Origin: Mustelus asterias
Taxonomy: Eukaryota
Length of the DNA stretch: 64,000 nt
Direction: 5' to 3'
Assembly: GCF_964213995.1 (NCBI RefSeq)
Contig: NC_135802.1
Coordinates: 90,520,001 to 90,584,000, forward strand
A model generated the notes under the pieces. The model saw only the letters and a program-made list of their open reading frames with translations. It searched no databases and was not told the origin of the DNA. The first letter of the stretch is position 1, and every line of letters starts with the position of its first letter. A program made the position numbers and the translations under genes. Shown here piece by piece: positions 12,125-25,599 of the stretch.

Positions 12125-13345
12125 AGACCGTGGAGGGATTTGAGGAAAATATGAGAAAATTAAAATCAAGGTGTGGCTTAAGTGGGAGCTGATTTGGTCT
12201 GTGATGGATGATGGGGACTTGGTGCAAGGTAAGAAATAGGTGGTAAAATTTTGAATGACCTCAAGGTTACAGAGGGCAGAATGTGAATTTGAATCGTCAA
12301 GTTTGGAGGTGACAAAGGCATGAACAAGTGAAGAGCTGAGTCAGGAGTGGAGTTGGGTGATGTGAGGAAGGTGGAGATGGGTGATGTGAGGGAGGTGGAG
12401 AAGGGTGATGTGAGGGAGGAGGAGTTGGGTGATGTGAGGGAGGTGGAGATGGGTGATGTGAGGGAGGTGGAGAAGGGTGATGTGAGGGAGGAGGAGTTGG
12501 GTGATGTGAGGGAGGTGGAGTTGAGTGGTGTGAGGGAGGTAGGTGGAGATGGGTGATGTGAGGGAGATGGAGTTGGGTGATGTGAAGGGGGTGGAGTTGG
12601 GTGATGTGAGGGAGGTAGAGATGGGTGATGTGAGGGAGGTGGAGTTGGGTGATGTGAGGGAGGTGGAGTTGGGTGGTGTGGGGAAGTGGAGTTGGGTGAT
12701 GTGAGGTAGGTAGAGATGGGTGATGTGAGGGAGGTGGAGATGGGTGATGTGAGGGGGGTAGAGATGGGTGATGTGAGGGGGGTGGAGCTGGGTGATGTGG
12801 GGGAGGTGGAGTTGGGTGATGTGGGGGAGGTGGAGATGGGTGATGTGAGGGAGGTGGAGAAGGCTGATGTGAGGGAGGTGGAGTTGGGTGATGTGAGGGA
12901 GGTGGAGTTGGGTGATGTGAGGGAGGTGGAGATGGGTGATGTGAGGGAGGTGGAGAAGGGTGATGTGAGGGAGATGGAGTTGGGTGATGTGAGGGAGGTG
13001 GAGAAGGGTGATGTGAGGGAGGTGGAGTTGGGTGATGTGAGAGAGGTGGAGTTGGGTGATGTGAGGGAGGTGGAGAAGGGTGATGTGAGGGAGGTGGAGT
13101 TGGGTGATGTGAGGGAGGTGGAGTTGGGTGATGTGAGAGAGGTGGAGTTGGGTGATGTGAGGGAGGTGGAGTTGGGTGATGTGAGGGAGGTGGAGATGAA
13201 TGGTCTCAATGATAGTGTGAAAATGTGGCTGAAAGTTCATTTTGGGGTCAAAAATGCCAAAGAGAATATTACCAATCTGGTTCAGACTCAAATCGCTGTC
13301 CTGGAGATGCATGAGTATCAGTGGTGAGAAAATGGAGTTTGTGTC
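12125..13345 (-). mobile_element. L2 LINE ORF2 fragment containing an expanded minisatellite
   Basis: GIFDPKMNFQPH...HLHLPHI before, and LVHAFVTSKLD...LEVIQN after, the array. Confidence 0.8.
12344..13198. repeat. 24-bp minisatellite, about 35 copies
   Basis: Unit gggtgatgtgagggaggtggagtt with tt/at/aa variants. Confidence 0.97.
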
Positions 13346-13898
13346 AGAGAAGGAAGACAGGCTGTTCTGTGGCCTCATTTGGGCTGTTCCTTTCAGCAGC
13401 AATTTCCCACATGAAACTGCTGTACACTCTCCTGTCTCAGACTTACCCAGTTTATAAACCCTATTGTGATGATTGATCTCAATTTGATGTGCACTGTTAG
13501 GGTTAGACTTGCCCTGTCATGTTAGGACTTGAACTGTCCAGTTAATGGAGGCTCACCTTGATAGAATGGTATTTACAAAGGATTGACATTTGTTAAAAAT
13601 AGAGCCTGGCCATTCACGAGAAAATTCAGAAAGAACTTTTTCACAGCAATGCTGTAGAAATCTGGATCTCTGAGCTAAAAAGACTGTGGATACTGGGGAA
13701 CAATTGAAGAGGAGGTAGACAAACTGCCTAGAAAAAACTGGCTAAGGTGTGAATCTCCCCTTTTCTGATACTAATTTAACTCTTAACACCAAGTCAAGGA
13801 GATTCCCCAGGCATCCAGCGACAGTAAGAGGATAAGCAGCCAAACATACTCAAGAATTCTCACAGACAGCAAAGCAGGAAGTAAAATGCACTGATTAC

Positions 13899-14068
13899 CC
13901 TTTGGTAAAAATACATTTTAGAGATTGAAATAAAGATTGAGATGCTGCTATTACAAGCTGAAATATAATAAACGTAAAACAAAACATTGGCCTGGATTTT
14001 ATGGTCAGTGACAAAGCAAGGACGCTCACCACTAATCTTGAAGAAGGTATAGCATTTTCTTCCCTTGT
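13899..14068 (-). pseudogene. Pseudo-exon, NBD2 Walker A to Q-loop (very eroded)
   Basis: ctttcag|...|gtaatc; open frame ...NAIPSSRLVVSVLA...SQSLFQSLKC; mainly positional support. Confidence 0.3.
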
Positions 14069-14232
14069 CTGAAAGCAGTTCAAGTCAAGAGAATGAGTGA
14101 AGTGCAGCAGCAGTAATGTACACAATGTAAGGAGCAAATCACATTGAAGTACTCACATCCAGCACATCTGGAAATTCAAAGCATTTAATATCCTTTAATA
14201 TAAAATTTCAGCTTGCAAAATAAATAATAATG

Positions 14233-16473
14233 ATAGAACATAGAACATAGAACATTACAGCGCAGTATCGGCCCTTCGGCCCTCGATGTTGCGCCGACCA
14301 GTGGAACCAATCTAAAGCCCCTCTAATCAACACTATTCCAATATCATCCATATGTTTATCCAATAACCATTTGAATGCTCTTAATGTTGACGAGTCCACT
14401 ACTGCTGCAGGCAGGGCATTCCACGCCCTTACTACTCTGAGTAAAGAACCTACCTCTAACATCTGTCCTATATCTCTCACCCCTCAATTTAAAGCTATGT
14501 CCCCTCGTACTAGCCAACACCATCCGAGGAAAAAGGCTCTCACTATCCACCCTATCTAATCCTCTGATCATCTTGTATGCCTCTATTAAGTCACCTCTTA
14601 ACCTTCTTCTCTCTAACGAAAACAACCTCAAGCCCCTCAGCCTTTCCTCATACGATTTTCCCACCATACCAGGCAACATCCTGGTAAATCTCCTCTGCAC
14701 CCTTTCCAACACTTCCACATCTTTCCTATAATATGGCGACCAGAACTAAACACAATACTCCAAATGCGGCCGCACCAGAGCTTTGTACAGTTGCAGCATG
14801 ACCTCCTGGCTCTGAAACTCAATCCCTCTACCAATAAAAGCTAACACACCGTACGCCTTCTTAACAACCCTATCAACCTGGGTGCCAACTTTCAGGGATC
14901 TATGCACATGGACACCCAGATCCCTCTGTTCATCCACACTACCAAGTATCTTACCATTAGCCCAGTACTCTGTATTCCTGTTACTCCTTCCAAAGTGAAT
15001 CACCTCACACTTTTCCGCATTAAACTCCATTTGCCACCTCTCAGCCCAGCTCTGCAGCTTATCTATGTCCCTCTGTAACCTGCCACTTCCCTCCGCAATG
15101 TCTACAACTCCACCGACTTTAGTGACATCCGCAAATTTACTAATCCATCCTTCCACGCCCTCATCCAGGTCATTAATAAAAATGACAAACAGCAGTGGCC
15201 CCAAAACAGATCCTTGCGGTACACCACTAGTAACTGAACTCCAGGATGAATATTTCCCATCAACCACCACCCTTCATTTTCTTACAGCTAGCCAATTCCT
15301 GATCCAAACCACTAAATCACCCTCAATCCCATGTGTCCGTATTTTCTGCAAAAGCTTACCATGGGGAACCTTATCAAATGCTTTGCTGAAATCCATATAC
15401 ACCACATCAACCGCATTACCCTCATCCACCTCTTTGGTCACCTTCTCAAAGAACTCAATAAGGTTTGTGAGGCACGACTACCCTTCACAAAACCGTGCTG
15501 ACTATCCCTAATCAAATTATTCCTTTCCAGGTGATTATAAATCCTATCTCTTATAATCCTTTCCAATACTTTGCCCACAACAGAAGTAAGGCTCACCGGT
15601 CTATAATTACCAGGGTTGTCCCTACTCCCCTTCTTGAACAAGGGGACAACATTTGCTATCCTCCAGTCTTCTGGCACTGTTCCTGTAGACAATGACGACA
15701 CAAAGATCAAAGCCAAAGGCTCTGCAATCTCCTCTCTAGCCTCCCAGAGAATCCTCGGATAAATCCCATCCGGCCCAGGGGACTTATCTATTTTTACCCT
15801 TTCCAGAATAGCTAACACCTCCTCCTTATGAACATCAATCCCATCCAGTCCAACAGCCTGCATCTCAGTACTCCCCTCGACAACACTGTCCCTCTCCAGT
15901 GTGAATACCGATGAAAAATATTCATTTAGTGCCTCTTCTATCTCTTCAGACTCCACGCACAACTTCCCACTACTGCCCTTGACTGGCCCTAATCTTACCC
16001 TGGTCATTCTTTTACTCCTGACATACCTGTAGAAAGCTTTAGGGTTTTCCTTGATCCTACCTGCCAAAGACTTCTCATGTCCCCTCCTGGCTCTTCTTAA
16101 CTCTTTCTTTAGGTCCTTCCTGGCTAACTTGTAACTCTCAAGTGCCCTAACTGAGCCTTCACGTCTCATCTTAACATAAGTCTCCTTCTTCCTCTTCACA
16201 AGAGATTCAACCTCCTTAGTAAACCACGGTTCCCTCACACGTCTGCTTCCTCCCTGCCTGACAGGTACATATTTATCAAGGACGCGTAGTAGCTGTTCCT
16301 TGAACAAGTTCCACATTACAATTGTGCCCATCCCCTGCAGTTTCCTTCCCCAACCTATGCCAGCTAAATCTCGCCTAATCGCATCATAATTTCCTTTCCC
16401 CCAGCTATAACTCTTGCCCTTTGGTATATACCTATCCTTTTCCATTGCTAAAGTAAACGTAATCGAATTGTGG
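14233..16473 (-). mobile_element. Young 5'-truncated CR1 LINE (HER1-like)
   Basis: ORFs 15438-16445, 14746-15270, 14356-14718: KSPGPDG, NYRPVSL, GVPQGSVLGP, KFADVTK; (catagaa)n tail. Confidence 0.97.
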
Positions 16474-16699
16474 AATTAAAGAAGTTGAAATAAAGGTAAA
16501 CATGCATTCAAAACAAGTTTTATTTTAAAAATGTGGTATTTTACTTATTATTATAGAGAAATTTGACATTGCACATAGGTGAAGTTAGCTTTACAAAGTC
16601 GGGAAGGGTGGTAATGAGTAATTATAAAGTGTGTATGCTGTTAAATGTCCAGTTACACTTCATTTTACATGGTGTAACTTTTTCAAGGGTTTTTACAGT

Positions 16700-16840
16700 G
16701 AGAATAATAGTGTAATTGGTTTCCTATTGATTGCAGTGTTGGGGGGTCATCACCCTCTGAGACAGTGTACAGTCATTGACAGTAACTTCTCAATAACCAC
16801 GCTATACTATGCATGTGTAGACTTTGAAAGTTGCTGTCAC
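16700..16840 (-). pseudogene. Pseudo-exon, linker before NBD2
   Basis: YSVVIEKL..TVH..RG**PPNTAI vs AI+.DNL+KVY..RDGNPPK.AV; boundaries approximate. Confidence 0.5.
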
Positions 16841-17029
16841 ATTTAGTGGACTAAACATTGGCTGTTTCATATCATTACTACTATAAAATCTGGGCTAAGA
16901 TTATGGAAATTTTATCATAAGGAAAAATTTAACTTGACAAAAACAAGAGCTTTCCACAATCATTGTTCAACAGTAAATATGTCTCAGCATGTTGTTCAAA
17001 TCCAATTATGTCTTGTAACCAAGGTGTTA

Positions 17030-18720
17030 CTTTGTAGGGGCTGGTTGGTGGTGGTTTAACAGCAATATTGCAGCATAAAAGGGGAAGTCCTTTCTAGTTC
17101 AGTGATTTCTAAAGATTGCTGTCTGTGGGATTTTTAACCTGTTGGGGGCAAGGAATCACCAAGATTGTGTTGCAACTGGTGCCAGAAGTTGCTCTGAGTT
17201 TCACAGGGAAATTACAGCAAAGGCCGCCTCTCTGAACTCTGCCTGATGTTCTACTGTCTGTCCTTGAATCTCCAGCTTGTTTGTGATAGCCATTTCCAGA
17301 GACCAAGTATCTTACTCTGACTCAGCAGGTGCTTGTTCTCCAGCAGTCACCCGCAAGCTGAGTGAGGTGTTCCCCAGAATCTGACCTCAAGCCTTATCTC
17401 GAACTATGACACACCAGAGGGTGTGTGTCTCTGCGCTTGCGGAGAGTGCATGCGAATGCTGCAATGGGTCTTCTTTAAATGGCATCTCAGCCATTGGTGG
17501 CCTGGAGGCTGAGTCTTCTGTTGCCTGTGCTGCTCTGTGATCTATGTGGACCCTGCTGCTGCCGCTGCCTGTAAGTGAGAGAAAATAGATTTAATTCATG
17601 AACAGGCTAAATGCAGCATTGTATGTCACTCACTGAGTATGTCAGAATGTGATCAACTCATGGAGGGCTCATCTGTACTGGCTTGCTGGGAGAGGCTGAT
17701 CTCACCTTCCCCACAGGAGTGATCTCTGTTCTCACCCGCTAACCCAAACTTGGAGAGATTCTGAATGTCTGCCATCCCTCCTGTAGTCTAGGATGTCACC
17801 CACATGTCGTGGGCAGCTTGGCTTGAATGAATACTAAGGGATGAAATGGAGTGAGAAAGAATGGAACAGAGGTTGGGAAGCATGCATGCCTGCTGTGTGT
17901 GCTTAGCCCTCATTATGTGCAGGATGATAGATGAGATGCTGGTGAATATACTTTCAATGCTGATATCTCCCGCACCAATATTGTGTCAGCTCCCTGAGCT
18001 GAGTGATGCTCTGAGTGCATGATGAAATTATAAGTGTGCGCATTTGGATTGAGCTGAATGTTGACTTACCCTGGTGGTGCAGATGAGATCATTCACCTTC
18101 TTCCTGCCCTGGATTGCTTTTCTCAGGTGGGTGTCCGTGAAGTTAACCTTCCTTGTCTCCCAGGCCAGCGAGATGAGATTGGTGGACCTCCTGGAACTAT
18201 CCCTTAGATAGAGGACCTCCCAGCGCTGGCACACACAAGGAATAAGAGTCTCAATGGATTCATTGCTGAACCTTACTGCCTTCTTTTTCCTTGGAGCCAC
18301 CTCAGCCACGGTCACCCATGCAGCTGGACTGCAGAGAGTAATGTGTGTATTTGATTGACATTTATAAATGGCGTCTGAACCTTCAATCCCATTAGATTAG
18401 AACGGGACAGATGAATCATTGGCAGCCCCGCCATGTGATTTGGAAAGCTATCCACCGATGCATCATTAATAAACTTCCAAGCTTAAGATTGGGAGTGATT
18501 TCCCAATTCATCAATCAGCAAGAAACTCGCCACAAAACTGGCCCACCATCACACTTACACTGGAATCTTACCACTATTCAGGCCGGTGGGATTTACCCAT
18601 CCCACCGCATTGAATAGAGATTTGGCAGGCTGCCAAATTCTCCAACCCCGCTGCAGCGGGAGCGTGGCATGAACAGGGGTAAGATTTCACCCATCGTCTC
18701 CAGAGTGGAAAATTCCATCC
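17030..18720 (-). mobile_element. Decayed Harbinger element with Myb/SANT ORF
   Basis: ORF 18028-18315 RFSNESIETL...EVLY...AW...RKKVNDL; TIR-like ggaaaattccatcc at about 18720; small MITE at 18582-18692. Confidence 0.65.
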
Positions 18721-18914
18721 TTTGATTCGAAGGATAATTATATGTGTTTCTGATCAGAAATTGAACTAAGATGCATGCTGAGAGTGAGGGATAATGCATG
18801 AAAAATGAGTATATGCTTATCCAGAATATAAATTTCTTGAGACATCTTTTCCTTTTTTAGAGAAAGTCCTGAGAACTAACTACTTGAAATTACCATTTAC
18901 TATCAAAATTGAAT

Positions 18915-19530
18915 GGTTCATGATTTTGGAATGTGCAATTTCCTCAGCAGGAACAAAAGAGAACAGTTAATTAACCACACCGTTTGTTCATACAATTGCT
19001 GAGTCTGTAATAGCTGTGCAAATTGGCTCAAGTTAGCAAAGTCTGTTTCACTGCAACAATTGAAAAGGACAGCAAAGTTGGCAGATGATGATCCATAAAG
19101 ATACAAAGAAGGAAGCAAGTGTAGCAATTCACCATGAAAAGAATTAACATGGTGCTAATAACTTGGATGGGATGGCCATATATTTGCAACATCCATTGCT
19201 AAGTACAAGAAGTTCTCCGACAGTTTTCATTTTATGTGGAAGTGTTTATGGACTGCACGTTAAGATGGCTGAGATCTTTTCTAGTTTTCTACTGAATGGA
19301 GTTAATAACAAATCTTACAAGACAGAGGCCTGAAAAAAATAGCAAATAAAAAGCAGAGGTAATTGCACAATATAATAGGGGTGGTATCCAGCACTGAGAA
19401 ACAATAATAAATGGGTCAAATTTTGCTGGAGTAGGGTATTTTGTGACATGTTGTTAGTTAGACATCTTCCTGTACCTTGCAGTTGAAAATAATTTTGCGC
19501 CATTGCTTGTTGGAAGTATGAGTTGATAAA
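18915..19530 (-). pseudogene. Pseudo-exon(s), TMD2 helices
   Basis: ORFs 19315-19554 (YFQLQGTG...YYIVQLPLLFICYFF) and 18918-19127 (LHLLPSLYLYG...VWLINCSLLFLL) are hydrophobic and resemble +MKM.GLG and +.L+P.F.LY.G segments. Confidence 0.45.
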
Positions 19531-19875
19531 GGTAAGCACAGTAAGAAGTCTCACAACACCAGGTTAAAGTCCAACAGGTTTATTTGGTAGCAAATACCAT
19601 AAGCTTTCGGAGCACTGCTCCTTCGTCAGATGGAGTGGAAATGTGCTCTCAAACAGTGCACAGACACAGAAATCAAGTTAGTATTCTGTAACTTGATTTC
19701 TGTGTCTGTGCACTGTTTGAGAGCACATTTCCACTCCATCTGACGAAGGAGCAGTGCTCCGAAAGCTTATGGTATTTGCTACCAAATAAACCTGCTGGAC
19801 TTTAACCTGGTGTTGTGAGACTTCTTACTGTGTTTACCCCAGTCCAACGCCGGCATCTCCACATCATGACTACCT
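19531..19875. mobile_element. Penelope-like terminal repeat pair in inverted orientation
   Basis: 150-bp arms 19531-19680 / 19689-19838, 8-nt spacer; CTGACGA-stem-GAAA core. Confidence 0.85.
19740..19770 (+). ncRNA. Minimal hammerhead ribozyme core (mirror copy on minus strand at about 19600-19630)
   Basis: ctgacga a ggagc agt gctcc gaaa gctta; Penelope termini are known to carry minimal hammerheads. Confidence 0.6.
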
Positions 19876-20526
19876 TCAAAAGGTCGCCAGAGGAGGGAGT
19901 TTAGTTAATGATTTAGCAACTGCTATTGAAGAAAATGGATTGTACATCGAGGTTATTTCGTGGCCAATGTTTTCCCTAAACTCGACAGGATCTATTTTCA
20001 GTTAAATAATTAAAGTTGATGCGCAGTTAAGAGTTAAAGTTCAGTGAAAGAGTTAATGAGTTGCAACTGTTTATGTTTGCATTGGTACCAGAAGTATTAA
20101 ATAAAGAAATAATTGAATGAATTAAAGAGTCAATTTCTGTCCTTATTTGTCTCATTAGACTGCAATGCTTGCAAGGTGTTAGTTGACGAAAAATCCCAGC
20201 ATGCCTAACTCTCAGTCAGAAGAGCCATTTTAAAGCACTATTGGCATTATTGTTGTTAAATCATTGCGATAGTCGTTCTTTCTCTGTCCACAAATACCAC
20301 CTGCAAGTTCCCCGAAAGCCACACACCATCCTGACTGGAACTATATCACCATTCCTTCTATGTCACTGGGTTAAAATCCAGAACCTCCCCTCTCCCCAAC
20401 AGCACTGTGGGTGTACCAACACCACATGGACTGCAGCAATTCAAGAAGGTAGCTCACCAACATAGAAAATAGAAGCTGGATGAGACCATTCGGGCCTTCT
20501 CCTGCTCCAAGTGGCTGATGGCTGAT

Positions 20527-21563
20527 CAAAGAACAAAGAAAATTATAGCATAGGAACAGGCCCTTCAACCCTCCAAGCCTGCACCGACCATGCTGCCCCG
20601 CTGAACTAAAATCACCTACCCTTCCGGGGACCGTATCCCTCTATTCCCATGCTATTCATGTATTTGTCAAGATGCCCCTTAAAAGTCACTATCGTATCTG
20701 CTTCCACTACCTCCCCCGGCAGTGAGTTCCAGGCACCCACCACTCCCTGTGTAAAAAACTTGCCTCGTACATCTCCTTTAAACCTTGCCCCTCGCATCTT
20801 AAACCTCTGCCCCCCCTAATATTTGACTCTTCCACCCTGGGAAAAAGCTTCTGACTATCCACTCTGTCCATGCCCCTCATAATCTTGTAGACTTCTATCA
20901 GATCGCCCCTCAACTTCCATCGTTCTAGTGAGAACAAACCAAGTTTCTCCAACCTCTCCTCATAGATAATGCCCTCCATACCAGGCAACATCCTGGTAAA
21001 TCTTTTCTGTACCCTCTCCAAAGCCTCCACATCCTTCTGGTAGCGTGGCGATCAGAATTGAACAGAATATTCCAAGTGCGGCCTAACTAAGGTTCTATAA
21101 AACTGCAACATGTCTTGCCAATTTTTAAACTCAATGCCCCGGCCAATGAAGGCAAGCATGCCGTATGCCGTCTTGACTACCTTCTCCACCTGCGTTGCCA
21201 CTTTTAGTGACCTGTGTACCTGTACACCCAGATCCCTCTGCAAGTCAATACTCTTAAGGGTTCTGCCATTTACTGTATATTTCCTATCTGTATTAGACCT
21301 TCCAAAATGCATTACCTCACATTTTTCCAGATTAAACTCCATCTTCCATCTCTCCACCCAAGTCTCCAACCAATCTATATCCTGCTGTATCCTCTGATGG
21401 TCCTCATCGCTATCTGCAAATCCACCAACCTTTGTGTCGTCTGCAAACTTACTAATCAATTCAGTTACATTTTCCTCCAAGTCATTCATATACATCACAA
21501 ACAGCAAAGGTCCCAGCATTGATCCCTGAGGAATGCCACTTGTCACATCCCTCCATTCAGAAA
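20527..21563 (-). mobile_element. Young CR1 3' fragment
   Basis: GIPQGSMLGP, KFADDTK, RPHLEY; (caaagaa)n tail. Confidence 0.95.
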
Positions 21564-21869
21564 CTCTTCCAATACAGTAACCTGTTCCCATTTCCCCCTC
21601 CCCCCCCCCCCATATCCTTTGATCCCATTTGCCCTAAAAACTATATCTAACTCCTCCTTGAAAGCATGTAATGTTTTGGCCTCAACTGCTTTGTGGTAGA
21701 GAATTCCACAGGCTCACCACTCTCTGGGTGAAGAAATGTCTCTTCATTTCAGTCTTAAATGTTCTAGCCCATATCCTCAGACTGTGACCCCTGGTTCTGG
21801 ACTCCCCCTCCATCAGGAAATCCTTCCTGAATCTACCCTGCCTAGTCCTGTTAGGATTTTATAGGTTTC

Positions 21870-22535
21870 TGTTGCAGGGCAATATCAGGGATCATGTCTT
21901 TTATATTTTAATTTATGTGTCTGTTCAAATTTTGTTTGATTTCAGTGTAAAACATGCAGAGTTACATAGGGCAAGCCCAGAGAGCCAGGCCTCCTCAGAG
22001 GGAAGGAAAGGGTTAATACAGACAACTAGAGACCTGCTGTGCCGGCAGATATCGATTAACACATGCTATCAACTTCTAACAATAGTTCCGAGTTATCACA
22101 ACAATGGGAGAAGCGGCATTGAAACAGCCAGGCTCCGTACAGTCTAGGGAGGTCATAGTCTTCTGGAACACACGATCACCTAGCAGAGTGGGGGGAGCAA
22201 TTAACACATCATTGTAGATCGGTTGGGCAAACACAACGCTTTGACATTATAATCGGGTAAACGAGAGATGTCTGAAGAAACAATTAGCAGTGATGTACTG
22301 AACAATGTATTTGCGTGATGAGATTAAAAGAATCATCTTGTATCCAACTCGAGGAATATGATAATGTAAAACTTTGTGACACGGAAAAGTATAATAGCCT
22401 GTTCGAATCTACGATGGGCAGAGGGAACTCGCAGGCAACCTGGGATTTCAGGCCCGAGTTCATCTCTCCCTCATGCACTTTTCTTGAAGTTCGACACGGT
22501 CTCCAAGGCTCAACTCATTTTAGTTCCCTCCCACA
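21870..22535. mobile_element. Solo LTR, 666 bp
   Basis: TG...CA ends (tgttgcaggg / ccctcccaca), perfect 5-bp TSD GTTTC, interrupts CR1. Confidence 0.85.
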
Positions 22536-25166
22536 GTTTCTATAAGATTCCCACTCATTCTTCTAAACTCCGGTGAATATAATCCTAACCGACTCAATCT
22601 ATCCTCATACGTCAGTCCTGCCATCCCAGGAATCAGTCTGGTAAACCTTTGCTACAGAGCAAGAACGTCCTTCCTCAGATAAGGAGACCAAAACTGCACA
22701 CAATATTACAGGTGTGGCCTCATCAAGGCCCTGTATAACTGTAGCAGGATATTACTGTTCCTCGACTCAAATCCTCTTGCTATGAATGCCAATATATAGT
22801 TTGCCTTCTTTACTGCCTGCTGCACCTGCATGGTTCCTTTCAGCAACCAGTAAACAAGGACACCCAGGACTCATTGCACATTTCCCTCTCTCAATCTATA
22901 GCTATTCAGATAATAATTTGCCTTCCTGTTTTTTTTCTTCCAAAGTGGATAATCTCACATTTATTCACATTACACTGCATCTGCCATGCATTTGCCCAAT
23001 CACTCAAATTGACCAAATCACAAAGCATCTCTGAAACCCTCTGACAGCTGACCTTCCCACCCAGCTTTGTGTCATCTGCAAATTTGTAGATATTACATTT
23101 AGTTCCCTCATCTAAATCATTAATATGCATTGTGCATAGCTCAGGCCCTAGCACTTGAAAAAAGGCCAATTTATTCCTTCTCTTTGTTTCCTGGCTGCCA
23201 ACCAGTTTTCTATCCATCTCAATACACTTGCCCCAATCCATAGCACTTTAATTTTACACGCTAATCTCTTGTGTGGAATCTTGACGAAAGCCTTCTATAA
23301 ATCCAAACAAACCACATCCATTGGCTCCCCCTCATCAACTCTACTAATTACATTCTTGAAGCATTCCAGTAGATTGGCCAAGCATTATTTCTCTTTCATA
23401 AATCAATACTGACTATGTCCGATCCTGCCACTGTTTTCCAAGTGCTTTGCTATTAAATCTTTTATAATGAACTCTAGCATTTTCCCCATTACCAACGTTA
23501 GGCTTACTGGGACCTACATTTTTCTTCACCAATCTTTATTCTCTTTGCAAACCAATAGAAGCTTTTACAATCAGTTTTTATATCCCCTCTTATACTCTAT
23601 TTTTGCCTTCTTAAGCAATCCCTTTGTCCTCCTTTGCTGATTTCTAAATGGCTCCCATCCTCAGAGTTGCTGTTTCTTTCTAACCAATTTGTGTGCCTCT
23701 TCCTTGGATCTAAATACTATGTTTAATTTATCTTGTAAACCATGGTTTGGCCACATTTCTTGTTTTACTTTTGCACCAGACAGAGGTGAACGATTGTTGC
23801 AGTTCACCCATGTTTGCCATTGCCTGTCCACCATTATCCCTTTAAGTAACATTTCCCAATTCATCATAGGCAACTCATGCCTCATATCCTTGTAGTTTCC
23901 TCTATTAAGATTCAGGACCCTAGTCTCAGAATCAACTACATCACTCTGCGTCGTGATGAAAAATTCTATCATATTATGGTCGCTCATCCCCAAAGGATCT
24001 CACACAACTAGACTACCAATTATTCCTATCTCACTATACAATTCCAGTCGAGGAAGGCCTGTTCTCTAGTTGGTTTCTCACCATATTGGTCCAGAAAACC
24101 ATCCCATTCACACTCCAGGAATTCTTTCTCTACAATATTGTTACTAATTTGATTTGCCCAATCTATATGCAGATTAAAGTGACCAATAATTACAGATGCT
24201 CTTTTATCCCATGCGTCTCCAATTTCCTGTTTAACGTCAACACGACAGTTTGGGGGTCTATATACAACCGCAATAATGTTTCAGCCCATTTGGTGTTTCT
24301 CAGCTGTACCCAGACAGATTCCACATTGTCGGAGCTGATATTCTTCCTCACTATTGTGTTAATTTCCTCACCTTCGTCAATACTTTCTCAATGATAATTA
24401 GGTCTGATAACAAATGCTGGCCTAGCTGGAAACACCCACGTTCTGTGAAAGAATGAAAAGTCAGTAACCAAGGCGTACTTTCACAGTGCAGATCAAAGAC
24501 CGGCATAACATTAATGGTCCTGCCAGTGGAATTCAGTCCACTGTGCAACCATCCACATAAAGAAACCACAAATTTATTTTAAAAAGCTGACGTAATTGTA
24601 GGAGAGGTGCTGCAATTTTTAATTACACTGGAGTGGAAATTATAAACTAAGCTTATTTCTGCTCTGCACGTACAACTACATGGTTATGGATATAGTCATT
24701 GAGATATTAAGAGATATTGTCCCTGATAAATAACCAAGTAGGATGTCACAATTGGCATTTTTTCTGCTAAATGTTTGTGCTGGTGGGTGCAATTGAAGTC
24801 ACAAATAGAAATTTATCCTGACTTTGAAAGTACTAGCTATTGTTGCACAAGGAGTAACAAGAACTTGTAAAATGCACAGGGCAAAATATTTTCAGCACTA
24901 TAGAGTATGGATATGAAAGCTGATAAAGTGTAGAATCACTGCACAATGAACTACTTACACAGATATTTAACACAAATAACTCCAAGTAAATGTGTGCCAA
25001 CTGTGAAATCAAACCCAGTGTGCTGCATCAACAAAAACCTTCTGGTCTCTTCACTTTTGAGAAAAGTATGGAGTTAGGCTGTACAGAAGCCTATTCTGCT
25101 TCATAAAATTGTAGGCTTAGAAATGGAAAAATCTGCTGGCAACAAAATGGCTCATCTTATCCATAC

Positions 25167-25311
25167 CTGTTTCTCATCTGTATCTGCTTTATTTGCCATA
25201 TGTTTGCAGCAAGTTGAAAACAGATGTTCAGACTGAACTTGTCTGTGACGAGCGGTGAGTTTTCAGTGGTTTTTCTTCTTTGTGGAAGATGACAAAAAGC
25301 AGTGGTTATAT
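25167..25311 (-). pseudogene. Pseudo-exon, ECD2/TMD2 junction
   Basis: tttgttcag|...cag|gtatgg, 145 nt; one open frame; an alternative frame ends DEKQ (cf. VYEKQ). Confidence 0.45.
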
Positions 25312-25599
25312 CTGAACAAATGAATCCCTTTTGTGCCCCTAACCAATTGCAGTCCTAGATTCTTTGAAAGTTGCTGTTCTTCTTGCTTTAAATGTGAGCA
25401 CTTCACCAAATACGTAAGCATATTTTGTAACACACTGAAGTGATGACTGCGTTACCCATTACATGTGAAAAATATCAAGTGCGAATTGCAGTGTCAGCAC
25501 AAGATGCATAAATGTTGCATGTTCACACATTGAAATTACATTGGCTCATGTCCTGGGTCCATCAATGGCGTGCATCTTCTCATTTTTCTTTTCATGCAC

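Larger units (their letters stand above)
20460..24375 (-). mobile_element. Older CR1 LINE split by two later insertions
   Basis: Tail at 20460, resumes at 21565-21869 and 22536-24375; KFADDTKLGG and endonuclease SDHN motif (ORF 23661). Confidence 0.85.

Noticed and set aside
12344-13198. CRISPR-like array
   Set aside because: Head-to-tail repeats with no unique spacers; eukaryotic context; no cas genes.
12178-13402. 343-aa Ser/Thr/Pro mucin-like and 353-aa His-rich ORFs
   Set aside because: By-products of a stop-free 24-bp tandem repeat inside an L2 fragment.
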